Source of the DNA: Escherichia coli
GTDB lineage: Bacteria; Pseudomonadota; Gammaproteobacteria; Enterobacterales; Enterobacteriaceae
Assembly: GCF_041248615.1 (NCBI RefSeq)
Contig: NZ_CP158426.1
Direction: 5' to 3' (one strand)
DNA length: 64,000 nucleotides
Part shown: positions 9,227 through 20,127 of the stretch, piece by piece
How positions within the stretch are numbered: position 1 is the stretch's first letter
Layout of the letters: each line of letters begins with the position of its first letter
Position numbers and translations under genes: made by a program
The notes under the pieces: generated by a model
What the model was told of the DNA's origin: nothing
What the model saw: the letters and a program-made list of their open reading frames with translations, nothing else
The model's database searches: none

Positions 9227-9868
9227 ATGACTGATCAGTCTCATCAGTGCGTCATTATCGGTATCGCTGGCGCATCGGCTTCCGGCAAGAGTCTTATTGC
9301 CAGTACCCTTTATCGTGAATTACGTGAGCAAGTCGGTGATGAACACATCGGCGTAATTCCCGAAGACTGCTATTACAAAGATCAAAGCCATCTGTCGATG
9401 GAAGAACGCGTTAAGACCAACTACGACCATCCCAGCGCGATGGATCACAGCCTGCTGCTTGAGCATTTACAAGCGTTGAAACGCGGCTCGGCAATTGACC
9501 TGCCGGTTTACAGCTATGTTGAACATACGCGTATGAAAGAAACGGTGACGGTTGAGCCGAAGAAAGTCATCATTCTCGAAGGCATTTTGCTGCTAACGGA
9601 TGCGCGTTTGCGTGATGAACTTAACTTCTCAATTTTCGTTGATACCCCGCTGGATATCTGCCTGATGCGCCGCATCAAGCGTGACGTTAACGAGCGTGGG
9701 CGTTCAATGGATTCAGTGATGGCGCAATATCAAAAAACCGTGCGTCCGATGTTCCTGCAATTCATTGAGCCTTCTAAACAATATGCGGACATTATCGTGC
9801 CGCGCGGCGGGAAAAACCGCATCGCCATCGATATATTGAAAGCGAAAATAAGTCAGTTCTTTGAATAA
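9227..9868 (+). CDS. udk: Uridine/cytidine kinase
   Basis: P-loop [11 protein letters not shown]. Track ORF 9164..9868 trimmed to ATG 9227 ([12 protein letters not shown]), giving 213 aa. Confidence 0.9.
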
Positions 9869-9959
9869 GCTTGATAAATTGTGTACCGTTCAGTGATAAC
9901 CTGGTATGCCCTTGACGTAATTGGCGTTAAGGGAGTGATGCGCGAAAGGAGAAAATGCC

Positions 9960-10541
9960 ATGCGTCTGTGTGACCGAGATATTGAAGCCTGGCTTGATGA
10001 AGGCCGTTTGTCGATCAACCCACGTCCGCCAGTGGAGCGTATTAACGGCGCGACAGTGGATGTGCGCCTGGGCAATAAATTTCGTACCTTCCGTGGTCAC
10101 ACGGCAGCGTTTATCGATCTGAGCGGTCCCAAAGATGAAGTGAGCGCCGCGCTTGACCGCGTGATGAGCGATGAGATCGTTCTCGATGAAAGCGAGGCGT
10201 TCTATCTTCACCCAGGAGAGCTGGCGCTGGCGGTGACGCTGGAGTCGGTGACGCTGCCAGCCGATCTGGTGGGATGGCTGGACGGTCGTTCCTCACTGGC
10301 GCGTCTGGGGCTTATGGTGCACGTCACCGCGCACCGTATCGATCCGGGCTGGTCTGGCTGTATTGTGCTGGAGTTCTACAACTCCGGTAAGCTGCCGCTG
10401 GCGCTGCGTCCGGGCATGTTAATTGGTGCGCTGAGCTTTGAGCCGCTTTCCGGCCCGGCGGCGCGACCTTACAACCGCCGTGAAGATGCGAAATATCGCA
10501 ACCAGCAGGGCGCGGTAGCCAGCCGAATCGATAAAGACTAA
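9960..10541 (+). CDS. dcd: dCTP deaminase
   Basis: 193-aa [20 protein letters not shown]..., recognisable as Dcd (dUTPase-fold). Confidence 0.9.
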   Translation: MRLCDRDIEAWLDEGRLSINPRPPVERINGATVDVRLGNKFRTFRGHTAAFIDLSGPKDEVSAALDRVMSDEIVLDESEAFYLHPGELALAVTLESVTLPADLVGWLDGRSSLARLGLMVHVTAHRIDPGWSGCIVLEFYNSGKLPLALRPGMLIGALSFEPLSGPAARPYNRREDAKYRNQQGAVASRIDKD

Positions 10542-10562
10542 TTCAGGCCCATTGAGGATACC

Positions 10563-12416
10563 ATGAGACGATTTCTGACGACGCTGATGATACTCCTGGT
10601 CGTGCTGGTGGCCGGGTTATCTGCGTTAGTGTTGCTGGTGAATCCGAATGATTTCCGCGACTATATGGTCAAGCAAGTTGCTGCACGTAGCGGTTATCAA
10701 TTGCAGCTCGACGGGCCACTGCGTTGGCACGTCTGGCCGCAGCTTAGTATCCTCTCCGGGCGAATGTCTCTCACCGCCCAGGGCGCGAGCCAGCCACTGG
10801 TTCGCGCCGACAACATGCGTCTGGACGTGGCGCTTTTACCACTGCTGAGTCATCAACTGAGCGTTAAGCAGGTAATGCTAAAAGGGGCAGTGATCCAACT
10901 GACGCCGCAGACGGAAGCGGTACGCAGTGAAGATGCCCCGGTTGCACCACGCGACAATACCTTGCCGGATCTGTCAGACGATCGCGGATGGTCGTTTGAT
11001 ATATCCAGTCTTAAGGTGGCGGACAGCGTGCTGGTGTTCCAGCATGAAGATGACGAGCAGGTGACAATCCGCAATATTCGCCTGCAAATGGAACAAGATC
11101 CCCAACATCGTGGTTCATTTGAGTTCTCCGGGCGGGGTAATCGCGATCAGCGCGATCTCACGATATCCCTTAACGGTACGGTAGATGCTTCTGATTATCC
11201 GCATGATTTAACGGCGGCTATTGAACAAGTTAACTGGCAGTTGCAGGGTGCAGATTTACCAAAACAAGGTATTCAGGGGCAGGGGAGTTTCCAGGCCCAG
11301 TGGCAGGAGTCACATAAACGCCTTTCATTTAACCAAATTAGTTTGACCGCCAATGACAGTACGCTGAGCGGGCAAGCACAGGTCACGCTGACAGAGCAAC
11401 CGGAATGGCAGCTGAGACTGCAATTTCCGCAACTGAATCTTGACAACCTCATCCCGCTTAATGAAACAGCGAACGGTGAAAACGGTGCCGCGCAGCAGGG
11501 GCAGAGCCAATCAACGTTGCCGCGCCCGGTCATTTCTTCGCGTATTGATGAACCGGCCTATCAGGGACTGCAAGGCTTTACGGCTGATATTTTGTTGCAG
11601 GCCAGTAACGTGCGCTGGCGCGGAATGAATTTTACAGATGTTGCCACGCAAATGACCAACAAGTCGGGTTTGCTGGAAATTACTCAACTGCAGGGCAAAC
11701 TTAACGGTGGACAGGTTTCACTGCCGGGCACGCTGGACGCGACATCAATAAATCCGCGGATAAACTTCCAGCCACGGCTGGAAAACGTTGAGATTGGTAC
11801 CATTCTGAAGGCGTTTAACTATCCGATTTCGTTGACCGGAAAGATGTCACTGGCTGGTGATTTCTCCGGTGCTGACATAGATGCCGACGCATTCCGCCAT
11901 AACTGGCAAGGACAGGCACATGTCGAAATGACCGACACGCGCATGGAAGGGATGAACTTCCAGCAGATGATTCAGCAAGCGGTAGAACGTAATGGTGGTG
12001 ATGTGAAGGCCGCTGAAAACTTCGATAACGTAACGCGTCTTGACCGCTTTACCACCGATTTGACGTTGAAGGATGGCGTCGTGACGTTAAACGACATGCA
12101 AGGTCAATCGCCCATGCTGGCGCTTTCCGGGGCTGGTACGTTGAATCTGGCGGAGCAAACCTGTGACACCCAGTTTGATATTCGGGTCGTGGGGGGCTGG
12201 AACGGGGAAAGCAAACTGATTGATTTCCTCAAAGAAACGCCAGTACCGCTTCGGGTTTATGGCAACTGGCAGCAACTCAATTACAGTCTGCAAGTGGATC
12301 AGTTACTGCGCAAACATCTACAGGACGAAGCGAAACGTCGCCTGAATGACTGGGCCGAGCGGAATAAAGATTCCCGCAATGGCAAAGATGTGAAGAAGTT
12401 GCTGGAGAAGATGTAG
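10563..12416 (+). CDS. asmA: AsmA family outer-membrane assembly/lipid-transport protein
   Basis: 617-aa ORF with an N-terminal signal anchor (LMILLVVLVAGLSALVLLV), starting 21 bp after dcd. Recognised as AsmA. Confidence 0.9.
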   Translation: MRRFLTTLMILLVVLVAGLSALVLLVNPNDFRDYMVKQVAARSGYQLQLDGPLRWHVWPQLSILSGRMSLTAQGASQPLVRADNMRLDVALLPLLSHQLSVKQVMLKGAVIQLTPQTEAVRSEDAPVAPRDNTLPDLSDDRGWSFDISSLKVADSVLVFQHEDDEQVTIRNIRLQMEQDPQHRGSFEFSGRGNRDQRDLTISLNGTVDASDYPHDLTAAIEQVNWQLQGADLPKQGIQGQGSFQAQWQESHKRLSFNQISLTANDSTLSGQAQVTLTEQPEWQLRLQFPQLNLDNLIPLNETANGENGAAQQGQSQSTLPRPVISSRIDEPAYQGLQGFTADILLQASNVRWRGMNFTDVATQMTNKSGLLEITQLQGKLNGGQVSLPGTLDATSINPRINFQPRLENVEIGTILKAFNYPISLTGKMSLAGDFSGADIDADAFRHNWQGQAHVEMTDTRMEGMNFQQMIQQAVERNGGDVKAAENFDNVTRLDRFTTDLTLKDGVVTLNDMQGQSPMLALSGAGTLNLAEQTCDTQFDIRVVGGWNGESKLIDFLKETPVPLRVYGNWQQLNYSLQVDQLLRKHLQDEAKRRLNDWAERNKDSRNGKDVKKLLEKM

Positions 12417-12440
12417 GTTACCAGGTGACCTGTCCTGTAG

Positions 12441-12473
12441 GCCTGATAAGACGCGTGAAGCGTCGCATCAGGC
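12441..12473. repeat. REP element
   Basis: gcctgataagacgcgtgaagcgtcgcatcaggc is a typical REP palindrome just downstream of asmA. Confidence 0.7.
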
Positions 12474-12708
12474 GTTCGTGGCGGCACCATTATATTCTGA
12501 ATATGTAAGATCGAAGGCTGTTCCGTTCACTTGATGTTCCTCGCTACTATGGAACGCTCAAGCCGGTGAACGTGCCAGGATGGCTCAATCTCCACCACCC
12601 TGGCAACCCGGACCCACACCCCCGCTGTGATGTCCATGTACCACAGACAACGCTTCATTGCTGAAGTTATAAGGCGTTACGCAGCATTGGGTAAAATGGC
12701 CGATACCA

Positions 12709-14292
12709 TCACACCTCGTACTCCATCTCGCCATCCTTACGCAGCGGTATAATCTGCACCTTCTGCACGCGATGGCTTTCCACCTGCAACGTTTTGAGCA
12801 AGTAATCCCCTACCTGAACTTCTTCGCCAGGTTTTGGAATACGCTGCAAATATTCCATCAGCAGCCCGGCAATGGTGTGATATTCGCGTTTCTCATCCAG
12901 CGGTAGCGGCACATATTGCACCAGATCTTCCAGTGGCATATGACCATTCGCCGTCCAGGAACCGTCGGCGTTTTTCTGAATATCATGGCGGGCGTCGATC
13001 TCTTCCACTTCGTTCGGTAAGTTACCGGCAATGGTTTCAGTGACGTCACTTAATGTCACAATCCCTTCCACCGAGCCAAACTCATCCACTACAAAAGCAA
13101 AGTGCGTGCGGGCATTACGGAACTGCTCCAGGGCAGGTAACAACGGCAAGGTTTCCGGGAACACCAGCGGCTGGCGAATCAACACCCGCAGGTTGAGCGG
13201 TTCGCCGCGCAGAGACTGTTGTAGCAGGTCGATAACGTGAACAACACCGAGCAAATCTTCTGCGTCATCACCGTCGGTAACCACCAACCGCGTATGCTGA
13301 TTTCGCTCCAGCAACTGGCGGATTTCTTCTTCCGGCGCGTTGAGATCGATATGCTCAATATCGTGGCGCGACGTCATAATGCTGCTGACGGTACGCTGGT
13401 TAAGATTAAGTACCCGCTCAATCATCCGCCGTTCCTGCGGATTAAAGATCTGCTGGTTACCATGATCCACCAGCATGGACGCGGTTTCGGCGTCCAGTTC
13501 CGCATCTTCTTTTTGCCCGCTAAGCAGGCGCATTACCGCTTCGGTAGTCCGCTGGCGCAGCGTCTGGTTAGCGGAAAGAAAACGTCGCCGGTTAAAGATA
13601 GCCAACTGATTGAGCGCCTCGATCATCACCGAGAAACCAATAGCAGCGTACAGGTAGCCTTTCGGAATGACGAAGCCGAAACCTTCTGCCACCAGGCTAA
13701 AGCCAATCATCAACAGGAAGCTTAAGCAGAGAATAACGATCGTCGGGTGACTGTTAACAAATTGCGTTAACGGCTTGCTGGCCATCAACATCAGGCTAAT
13801 AGCGATAACGACGGCGGCCATCATGACCAGTAAATGGTCGACCATCCCGACGGCGGTAATCACCGAGTCGAGTGAGAAGATGGCGTCCAGTACCACAATT
13901 TGTGTCACCACCCCCCAGAACTTCGCACCTTTGCGTTGTGTGGGGTTATTGCTGTCTTTCCCTTCCAGCCGTTCGTTCAGCTCCATCGTGGCTTTGAACA
14001 ACAGGAAGAAACCACCAAACAGCATGATTAAGTCGCGGGCGCTAAAGGTAAACGAGCGAAAGCTGAATAGCGGTTGTGTCAGGGTGACCAGCCAGGAGAT
14101 TGACGCCAGCAGTAACAGGCGCATTAACATCGCCAGCAGCAGCCCGGTAACCCGTGCGCGGTCGCGCTGCTTCGGCGGTAGTTTTTCGGCGAGGATGGCA
14201 ATAAAGACCAGGTTATCAATGCCGAGGACCAGTTCGATCACAATCAGCGTGATTAACCCGGCCCAGATAGACGGATCGGCAATCCATTCCAT
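12709..14292 (-). CDS. yegH: TerC-family inner membrane protein with CBS pair and CorC/HlyC domain
   Basis: Multi-TM TerC-like N-half ([13 protein letters not shown]...), followed by CBS and transporter-associated domains. Track ORF 12709..14358 trimmed to ATG 14292 (MEWIADPS), giving 527 aa. Confidence 0.88.
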   Translation of the reverse strand: MEWIADPSIWAGLITLIVIELVLGIDNLVFIAILAEKLPPKQRDRARVTGLLLAMLMRLLLLASISWLVTLTQPLFSFRSFTFSARDLIMLFGGFFLLFKATMELNERLEGKDSNNPTQRKGAKFWGVVTQIVVLDAIFSLDSVITAVGMVDHLLVMMAAVVIAISLMLMASKPLTQFVNSHPTIVILCLSFLLMIGFSLVAEGFGFVIPKGYLYAAIGFSVMIEALNQLAIFNRRRFLSANQTLRQRTTEAVMRLLSGQKEDAELDAETASMLVDHGNQQIFNPQERRMIERVLNLNQRTVSSIMTSRHDIEHIDLNAPEEEIRQLLERNQHTRLVVTDGDDAEDLLGVVHVIDLLQQSLRGEPLNLRVLIRQPLVFPETLPLLPALEQFRNARTHFAFVVDEFGSVEGIVTLSDVTETIAGNLPNEVEEIDARHDIQKNADGSWTANGHMPLEDLVQYVPLPLDEKREYHTIAGLLMEYLQRIPKPGEEVQVGDYLLKTLQVESHRVQKVQIIPLRKDGEMEYEV

Positions 14293-14453
14293 AGTAAGTA
14301 CAAAACCTATTCGTTGTATGACAAATGTCACAATTCGATCATGGATAAATCGGGGCAAAAATGCAATGTTGCAGCACTATTTATCTCATATTATTTGAGG
14401 TTTATAACCTCACATTATCCCTGAATTAAAAGTGGTAATAATAAAACATTATT

Positions 14454-14467
14454 TAAGAAATATCGCA
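14454..14467 (+). promoter_or_regulatory. Candidate RcsAB box upstream of the cps promoter
   Basis: TAAGAAATATCGCA fits the remembered RcsAB-box consensus TaAGaatatTCctA. It lies in the AT-rich yegH-wza intergenic region, about 500 bp upstream of wza. Confidence 0.45.
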
Positions 14468-14733
14468 TATGGAGACACAATATTAAATATTGTCAACCTA
14501 AAGAAACTCCTAAAAACCATATTGAATGACACTTAATATAATTCTTAAAAATAGCCAATTGCCGAATTGTTACCTTGCCTGCTATTCCGTTAGCTGTAAC
14601 ACTTCCTCCTGCATTATTGGAGAGCCAATCTTCAATTACCATAATGTCACCTTATATTCGGAAGTTAATTTCCGCAATAACCCTTTCTCATCAACGACTG
14701 TATGTTGAGAGGGTTTTAAAAATTAAGCTAAAT

Positions 14734-14772
14734 CAGTATATTGGTAGCTAAAAAGCCAGGGGCGGTAGCGTG
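14734..14772 (+). promoter_or_regulatory. JUMPStart element with ops site (RfaH-dependent antitermination) in the cps leader
   Basis: cagtatattggtagctaaaaagccaggGGCGGTAGCGTG. The ops core GGCGGTAGCGTG is at 14761-14772. 33 of 39 positions are identical to the second copy at 38814-38852. Confidence 0.85.
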
Positions 14773-14950
14773 TCTGGATGCCTGAAAGACCAGTCTGAAT
14801 TATTCTGTCAATAGCCTGCGGATGAAATCAATTTTTTTAGGACTGATGCCAGTTAAATTTTTATTCAATTAACTGCAAGGTAAATGTGCATGGCGACATT
14901 GCTATTAATAGTGCACAGGATAATTACTCTGCCAAAGTGATAAATAAACA

Positions 14951-16090
14951 ATGATGAAATCCAAAATGAAATTGATGCCATTATTGGTGTCAGTAACCTT
15001 GATAAGCGGTTGCACAGTACTTCCGGGCAGCAATATGTCGACGATGGGCAAAGACGTCATCAAACAGCAGGACGCTGATTTCGATCTCGACAAAATGGTG
15101 AATGTTTATCCGCTGACCCCGCGCCTGATTGACCAATTACGACCACGCCCCAACGTAGCGCGCCCCAATATGACGCTGGAAAGTGAGATCGCGAATTACC
15201 AGTATCGCGTCGGGCCGGGGGACGTTCTTAATGTCACCGTCTGGGATCACCCGGAACTCACCACGCCAGCCGGTCAGTACCGCAGCTCCAGCGACACCGG
15301 CAACTGGGTACAGCCTGACGGCACCATGTTCTACCCGTATATCGGCAAAGTTCTCGTGGTGGGGAAAACGCTCGCTGAAATCCGCAGTGATATTACCGGG
15401 CGCTTAGCGACGTACATCGCTGACCCGCAGGTGGACGTTAATATCGCCGCCTTCCGCTCGCAAAAAGCCTATATCTCCGGCCAGGTGAATAAATCCGGCC
15501 AACAGGCGATCACCAACGTGCCACTGACCATTCTCGATGCCATCAACGCCGCAGGTGGCCTGACCGACACCGCTGACTGGCGCAACGTGGTGCTAACACA
15601 CAATGGTCGTGAAGAGCGCATTTCTTTGCAGGCGCTGATGCAAAACGGCGACCTCAATCAGAACCGACTGCTTTACCCCGGCGATATTCTCTACGTGCCG
15701 CGTAATGATGATCTGAAAGTGTTTGTGATGGGTGAAGTGAAGAAACAGAGCACCCTGAAAATGGACTTTAGCGGCATGACCCTGACTGAAGCCCTGGGTA
15801 ATGCTGAAGGCATCGACATGACCACCTCCAACGCCAGCGGCATCTTTGTCATTCGTCCGCTGAAAGGCGAGGGCGGGCGTAACGGCAAGATTGCCAATAT
15901 CTATCAGCTGGATATGTCCGATGCGACGTCGCTGGTGATGGCGACAGAATTCCGCCTACAACCTTATGACGTGGTGTATGTCACCACCGCCCCGGTTTCC
16001 CGCTGGAACCGTCTGATCAATCAGTTGCTGCCAACTATTAGCGGTGTCCGTTACATGACGGATACAGCCAGCGACATTCATAACTGGTAA
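14951..16090 (+). CDS. wza: Outer-membrane polysaccharide export lipoprotein
   Basis: 379 aa with a lipoprotein signal and lipobox LISGC. Recognised as Wza. Confidence 0.95.
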   Translation: MMKSKMKLMPLLVSVTLISGCTVLPGSNMSTMGKDVIKQQDADFDLDKMVNVYPLTPRLIDQLRPRPNVARPNMTLESEIANYQYRVGPGDVLNVTVWDHPELTTPAGQYRSSSDTGNWVQPDGTMFYPYIGKVLVVGKTLAEIRSDITGRLATYIADPQVDVNIAAFRSQKAYISGQVNKSGQQAITNVPLTILDAINAAGGLTDTADWRNVVLTHNGREERISLQALMQNGDLNQNRLLYPGDILYVPRNDDLKVFVMGEVKKQSTLKMDFSGMTLTEALGNAEGIDMTTSNASGIFVIRPLKGEGGRNGKIANIYQLDMSDATSLVMATEFRLQPYDVVYVTTAPVSRWNRLINQLLPTISGVRYMTDTASDIHNW

Positions 16091-16095
16091 TCGTC

Positions 16096-16539
16096 ATGTT
16101 TAACAACATCTTAGTTGTCTGTGTCGGCAATATTTGCCGTTCCCCGACGGCGGAACGCTTACTGCAACGTTATCACCCGGAGCTAAAAGTGGAGTCCGCT
16201 GGACTCGGCGCGCTGGTCGGAAAGGGCGCTGATCCTACCGCTATCAGCGTCGCCGCAGAACATCAACTGTCTCTGGAAGGTCATTGCGCACGGCAAATCA
16301 GCCGCCGTCTGTGTCGCAACTACGACCTGATTTTGACCATGGAAAAGCGCCATATCGAACGCTTATGCGAGATGGCACCGGAGATGCGCGGCAAAGTTAT
16401 GCTGTTTGGTCACTGGGATAACGAATGTGAAATCCCCGATCCGTATCGCAAAAGCCGGGAAACGTTTGTAGCGGTGTACACATTACTTGAACGGTCTGCC
16501 CGCCAGTGGGCGCAGGCATTGAACGCAGAGCAGGTATAA
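16096..16539 (+). CDS. wzb: Low-molecular-weight protein-tyrosine phosphatase
   Basis: 147 aa with the active-site CVGNICRSP (CX5R-S/T). Confidence 0.95.
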   Translation: MFNNILVVCVGNICRSPTAERLLQRYHPELKVESAGLGALVGKGADPTAISVAAEHQLSLEGHCARQISRRLCRNYDLILTMEKRHIERLCEMAPEMRGKVMLFGHWDNECEIPDPYRKSRETFVAVYTLLERSARQWAQALNAEQV

Positions 16540-16541
16540 GA

Positions 16542-18704
16542 ATGACAGAAAAAGTAAAACAACATGCCGCTCCGGTAACGGGCAGTGATGAAATCGATAT
16601 TGGTCGCCTGGTCGGCACCGTCATTGAAGCGCGCTGGTGGGTAATTGGCATCACCGCCGTATTCGCCCTCTGTGCCGTGGTTTACACCTTCTTCGCCACG
16701 CCGATATACAGCGCCGACGCACTGGTACAAATCGAACAAAGCAGCGGCAATTCGTTAGTGCAGGATATCGGATCGGCATTAGCCAACAAACCGCCAGCAT
16801 CGGACGCCGAGATCCAGTTGATTCGTTCTCGCCTGGTGCTTGGTAAAACGGTGGACGATCTCGACCTCGATATTGCGGTGAGCAAAAACACGTTCCCGAT
16901 TTTCGGTGCGGGCTGGGAGCGCCTGATGGGACGCCAGAACGAGACGGTGAAAGTGACTACCTTTAACCGTCCGAAAGAGATGGCGGATCAGGTGTTTACG
17001 CTTAATGTGCTGGATGACAAAAACTACACCCTGAGCAGTGATGGCGGCTTTAGCGCCCGTGGACAAGCGGGCCAGATGCTGAAAAAAGAAGGCGTCACGC
17101 TGATGGTTGAAGCCATTCACGCCCGCCCGGGCAGTGAGTTTACCGTCACCAAATACTCCACGCTGGGGATGATCAACCAACTGCAAAACAGCCTGACGGT
17201 AATGGAGAACGGCAAAGACGCAGGCGTACTGAGCCTGACTTATACCGGTGAAGACCGCGAACAGATCCGCGACATTCTTAACAGTATCGCCCGTAACTAT
17301 CAGGAACAAAATATTGAGCGCAAATCCGCGGAAGCGTCGAAAAGCCTCGCTTTCCTCGCGCAACAGTTACCGGAAGTACGTAGCCGCCTCGATGTTGCCG
17401 AAAACAAACTGAATGCCTTCCGTCAGGATAAAGATTCAGTTGATCTGCCGCTGGAAGCGAAAGCGGTGCTCGATTCGATGGTGAACATCGACGCGCAGTT
17501 GAACGAACTGACCTTTAAAGAGGCGGAAATCTCCAAGCTGTACACCAAAGTTCACCCGGCGTACCGCACGCTGCTGGAGAAACGGCAGGCGCTGGAAGAC
17601 GAAAAAGCCAAACTTAATGGTCGCGTAACGGCGATGCCGAAAACCCAGCAGGAGATTGTGCGCCTGACCCGCGATGTCGAGTCTGGTCAGCAGGTCTATA
17701 TGCAACTGCTGAATAAAGAGCAGGAGCTGAAAATCACCGAAGCCAGCACCGTCGGCGATGTGCGCATTGTTGACCCGGCAATCACTCAGCCTGGTGTGCT
17801 GAAACCGAAGAAAGGGTTGATTATCCTCGGTGCAATTATCCTCGGCCTGATGCTCTCAATCGTGGGTGTGCTGCTGCGCTCGTTGTTTAATCGCGGTATC
17901 GAAAGCCCGCAAGTACTGGAAGAACACGGTATTAGCGTCTATGCCAGCATCCCGCTGTCGGAATGGCAGAAAGCGCGCGATAGCGTCAAAACCATCAAAG
18001 GGGTTAAACGCTATAAACAGAGCCAGCTACTGGCAGTGGGGAATCCAACCGATCTGGCGATTGAAGCCATCCGCAGTCTGCGTACCAGTCTGCACTTCGC
18101 GATGATGCAGGCGCAGAACAATGTGTTGATGATGACCGGGGTTAGCCCGTCAATCGGTAAAACCTTTGTCTGCGCTAACCTGGCGGCGGTGATCAGTCAG
18201 ACCAATAAACGGGTGTTGTTGATCGACTGCGATATGCGCAAAGGCTACACCCACGAGCTGTTGGGCACCAATAACGTCAATGGCCTGTCGGAAATTCTGA
18301 TTGGTCAGGGCGATATTACTACCGCTGCTAAACCGACCTCTATTGCCAAATTTGACCTGATCCCGCGCGGTCAGGTGCCGCCAAATCCTTCTGAACTGTT
18401 GATGAGCGAACGCTTTGCCGAACTGGTGAACTGGGCGAGTAAAAACTATGACCTGGTGTTGATTGATACGCCGCCGATTCTGGCAGTGACCGATGCGGCA
18501 ATTGTTGGTCGTCATGTCGGAACGACGTTAATGGTGGCGCGTTATGCGGTCAACACATTGAAAGAAGTGGAAACCAGTCTGAGCCGCTTTGAGCAAAACG
18601 GTATTCCGGTGAAAGGGGTGATTCTGAACTCCATCTTCCGCCGCGCCAGCGCGTATCAGGATTATGGCTATTACGAATACGAATATAAGTCGGATGCGAA
18701 ATAA
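16542..18704 (+). CDS. wzc: Tyrosine autokinase / polysaccharide co-polymerase (PCP-2a)
   Basis: Track ORF 16506..18704 trimmed to ATG 16542 (MTEKVKQH), giving 720 aa. Walker A GVSPSIGKT, LVLIDTPP, and a C-terminal Tyr cluster YQDYGYYEYEY. Confidence 0.93.
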   Translation: MTEKVKQHAAPVTGSDEIDIGRLVGTVIEARWWVIGITAVFALCAVVYTFFATPIYSADALVQIEQSSGNSLVQDIGSALANKPPASDAEIQLIRSRLVLGKTVDDLDLDIAVSKNTFPIFGAGWERLMGRQNETVKVTTFNRPKEMADQVFTLNVLDDKNYTLSSDGGFSARGQAGQMLKKEGVTLMVEAIHARPGSEFTVTKYSTLGMINQLQNSLTVMENGKDAGVLSLTYTGEDREQIRDILNSIARNYQEQNIERKSAEASKSLAFLAQQLPEVRSRLDVAENKLNAFRQDKDSVDLPLEAKAVLDSMVNIDAQLNELTFKEAEISKLYTKVHPAYRTLLEKRQALEDEKAKLNGRVTAMPKTQQEIVRLTRDVESGQQVYMQLLNKEQELKITEASTVGDVRIVDPAITQPGVLKPKKGLIILGAIILGLMLSIVGVLLRSLFNRGIESPQVLEEHGISVYASIPLSEWQKARDSVKTIKGVKRYKQSQLLAVGNPTDLAIEAIRSLRTSLHFAMMQAQNNVLMMTGVSPSIGKTFVCANLAAVISQTNKRVLLIDCDMRKGYTHELLGTNNVNGLSEILIGQGDITTAAKPTSIAKFDLIPRGQVPPNPSELLMSERFAELVNWASKNYDLVLIDTPPILAVTDAAIVGRHVGTTLMVARYAVNTLKEVETSLSRFEQNGIPVKGVILNSIFRRASAYQDYGYYEYEYKSDAK

Positions 18705-18732
18705 CGACGCCTGCATTCGCACCGCCCCGTAG

Positions 18733-18762
18733 GCCGGATAAGGCGTTCACGCCGCATCCGGC
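18733..18762. repeat. REP element between wzc and wcaA
   Basis: gccggataaggcgttcacgccgcatccggc is a classic REP palindrome. Confidence 0.7.
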
Positions 18763-18796
18763 AAGCAAACCAGCTCATAAGCCGGGAGAACAACCT

Positions 18797-19636
18797 ATGA
18801 AAGACAATCCGCTGATCTCAATCTATATGCCGACCTGGAACCGCCAACAACTGGCGATTCGGGCGATAAAATCGGTCCTGCGCCAGGACTACAGTAACTG
18901 GGAGATGATCATCGTGGATGATTGCTCCACCTCCTGGGAACAGCTGCAACAGTACGTTACAGCCCTCAACGACCCGCGTATTACCTACATTCACAACGAC
19001 ATTAACAGCGGGGCGTGCGCGGTACGTAACCAGGCGATTATGCTGGCGCAAGGGGAATACATCACCGGGATCGATGATGATGATGAATGGACACCCAACC
19101 GCCTGAGCGTCTTCCTCGCCCATAAACAGCAACTGGTCACACACGCCTTTTTGTACGCTAACGACTACGTTTGCCAGGGCGAAGTCTATTCCCAACCGGC
19201 AAGTTTGCCGCTGTATCCCAAATCGCCGTATTCACGCCGCCTGTTCTACAAACGCAATATCATTGGCAATCAGGTCTTTACCTGGGCGTGGCGTTTCAAA
19301 GAGTGTTTGTTCGATACCGAACTGAAAGCGGCACAGGATTACGACATTTTCCTGCGGATGGTGGTGGAGTACGGCGAACCGTGGAAAGTGGAAGAGGCGA
19401 CGCAGATCCTGCATATCAATCACGGTGAAATGCAGATCACCTCGTCACCGAAAAAATTCTCCGGATACTTCCACTTTTACCGCAAGCACAAAGACAAATT
19501 CGACCGTGCCAGCAAAAAATATCAGCTGTTTACCCTCTACCAGATCCGCAATAAACGCATGACCTGGCGGACGTTGTTGACGCTGCTATCGGTGCGTAAC
19601 GGCAAACGTCTGGCTGAAGGAATACGGGGGCGTTAA
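18797..19636 (+). CDS. wcaA: Colanic acid glycosyltransferase (GT2)
   Basis: 279 aa with GT-A signatures ISIYMPTWN, IVDDCS and GIDDDDE. Confidence 0.9.
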   Translation: MKDNPLISIYMPTWNRQQLAIRAIKSVLRQDYSNWEMIIVDDCSTSWEQLQQYVTALNDPRITYIHNDINSGACAVRNQAIMLAQGEYITGIDDDDEWTPNRLSVFLAHKQQLVTHAFLYANDYVCQGEVYSQPASLPLYPKSPYSRRLFYKRNIIGNQVFTWAWRFKECLFDTELKAAQDYDIFLRMVVEYGEPWKVEEATQILHINHGEMQITSSPKKFSGYFHFYRKHKDKFDRASKKYQLFTLYQIRNKRMTWRTLLTLLSVRNGKRLAEGIRGR

Positions 19637-19638
19637 GG

Positions 19639-20127
19639 ATGCTGGAAGATCTGCGCGCCAACAGCTGGAGTTTACGCCCGTGCTGCATGGTGCTTGCCTA
19701 TCGCGTCGCCCATTTTTGTTCAGTGTGGCGCAAAAAGAACGTTCTCAACAATCTGTGGGCGGCTCCGCTGCTGGTGCTGTATCGCATTATCACCGAAGGC
19801 TTTTTCGGTTATGAAATCCAGGCCGCTGCGACCATTGGCCGCCGTTTCACTATCCATCACGGTTACGCCGTAGTGATCAATAAAAACGTGGTAGCGGGGG
19901 ATGATTTCACCATTCGCCACGGCGTCACTATCGGCAATCGGGGGGCCGATAACATGGCATGTCCACACATTGGTAACGGTGTCGAACTCGGTGCCAACGT
20001 CATTATTCTTGGTGATATCACGATTGGTAACAACGTCACCGTGGGCGCGGGCAGCGTGGTGCTCGACTCTGTCCCGGACAACGCGCTGGTGGTGGGAGAA
20101 AAAGCGCGAGTGAAGGTAATTAAATGA
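19639..20127 (+). CDS. wcaB: Colanic acid O-acetyltransferase (hexapeptide repeat)
   Basis: 162 aa with left-handed beta-helix repeats (IGNGVELGANVIILGDITIGNNVTVGAGSVV). Confidence 0.9.
   Translation: MLEDLRANSWSLRPCCMVLAYRVAHFCSVWRKKNVLNNLWAAPLLVLYRIITEGFFGYEIQAAATIGRRFTIHHGYAVVINKNVVAGDDFTIRHGVTIGNRGADNMACPHIGNGVELGANVIILGDITIGNNVTVGAGSVVLDSVPDNALVVGEKARVKVIK

Noticed and set aside
12490-12700. Possible IS/transposase remnant in the asmA-yegH spacer (short translations such as LWYMDIT and RQRFIAEVIRRY vaguely resemble integrase or IS6-type motifs)
   Set aside because: The matches are only a few residues long, on opposite strands. There are no terminal inverted repeats, no target duplication and no extended frame. 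This is not supportable as a mobile element without a database search.
14526-14708. 60-aa ORF in the cps leader region
   Set aside because: It is an AT-rich, Cys/Asn-rich product with no RBS, lying in the promoter/leader of wza between the RcsAB box and JUMPStart. It is most likely non-coding.
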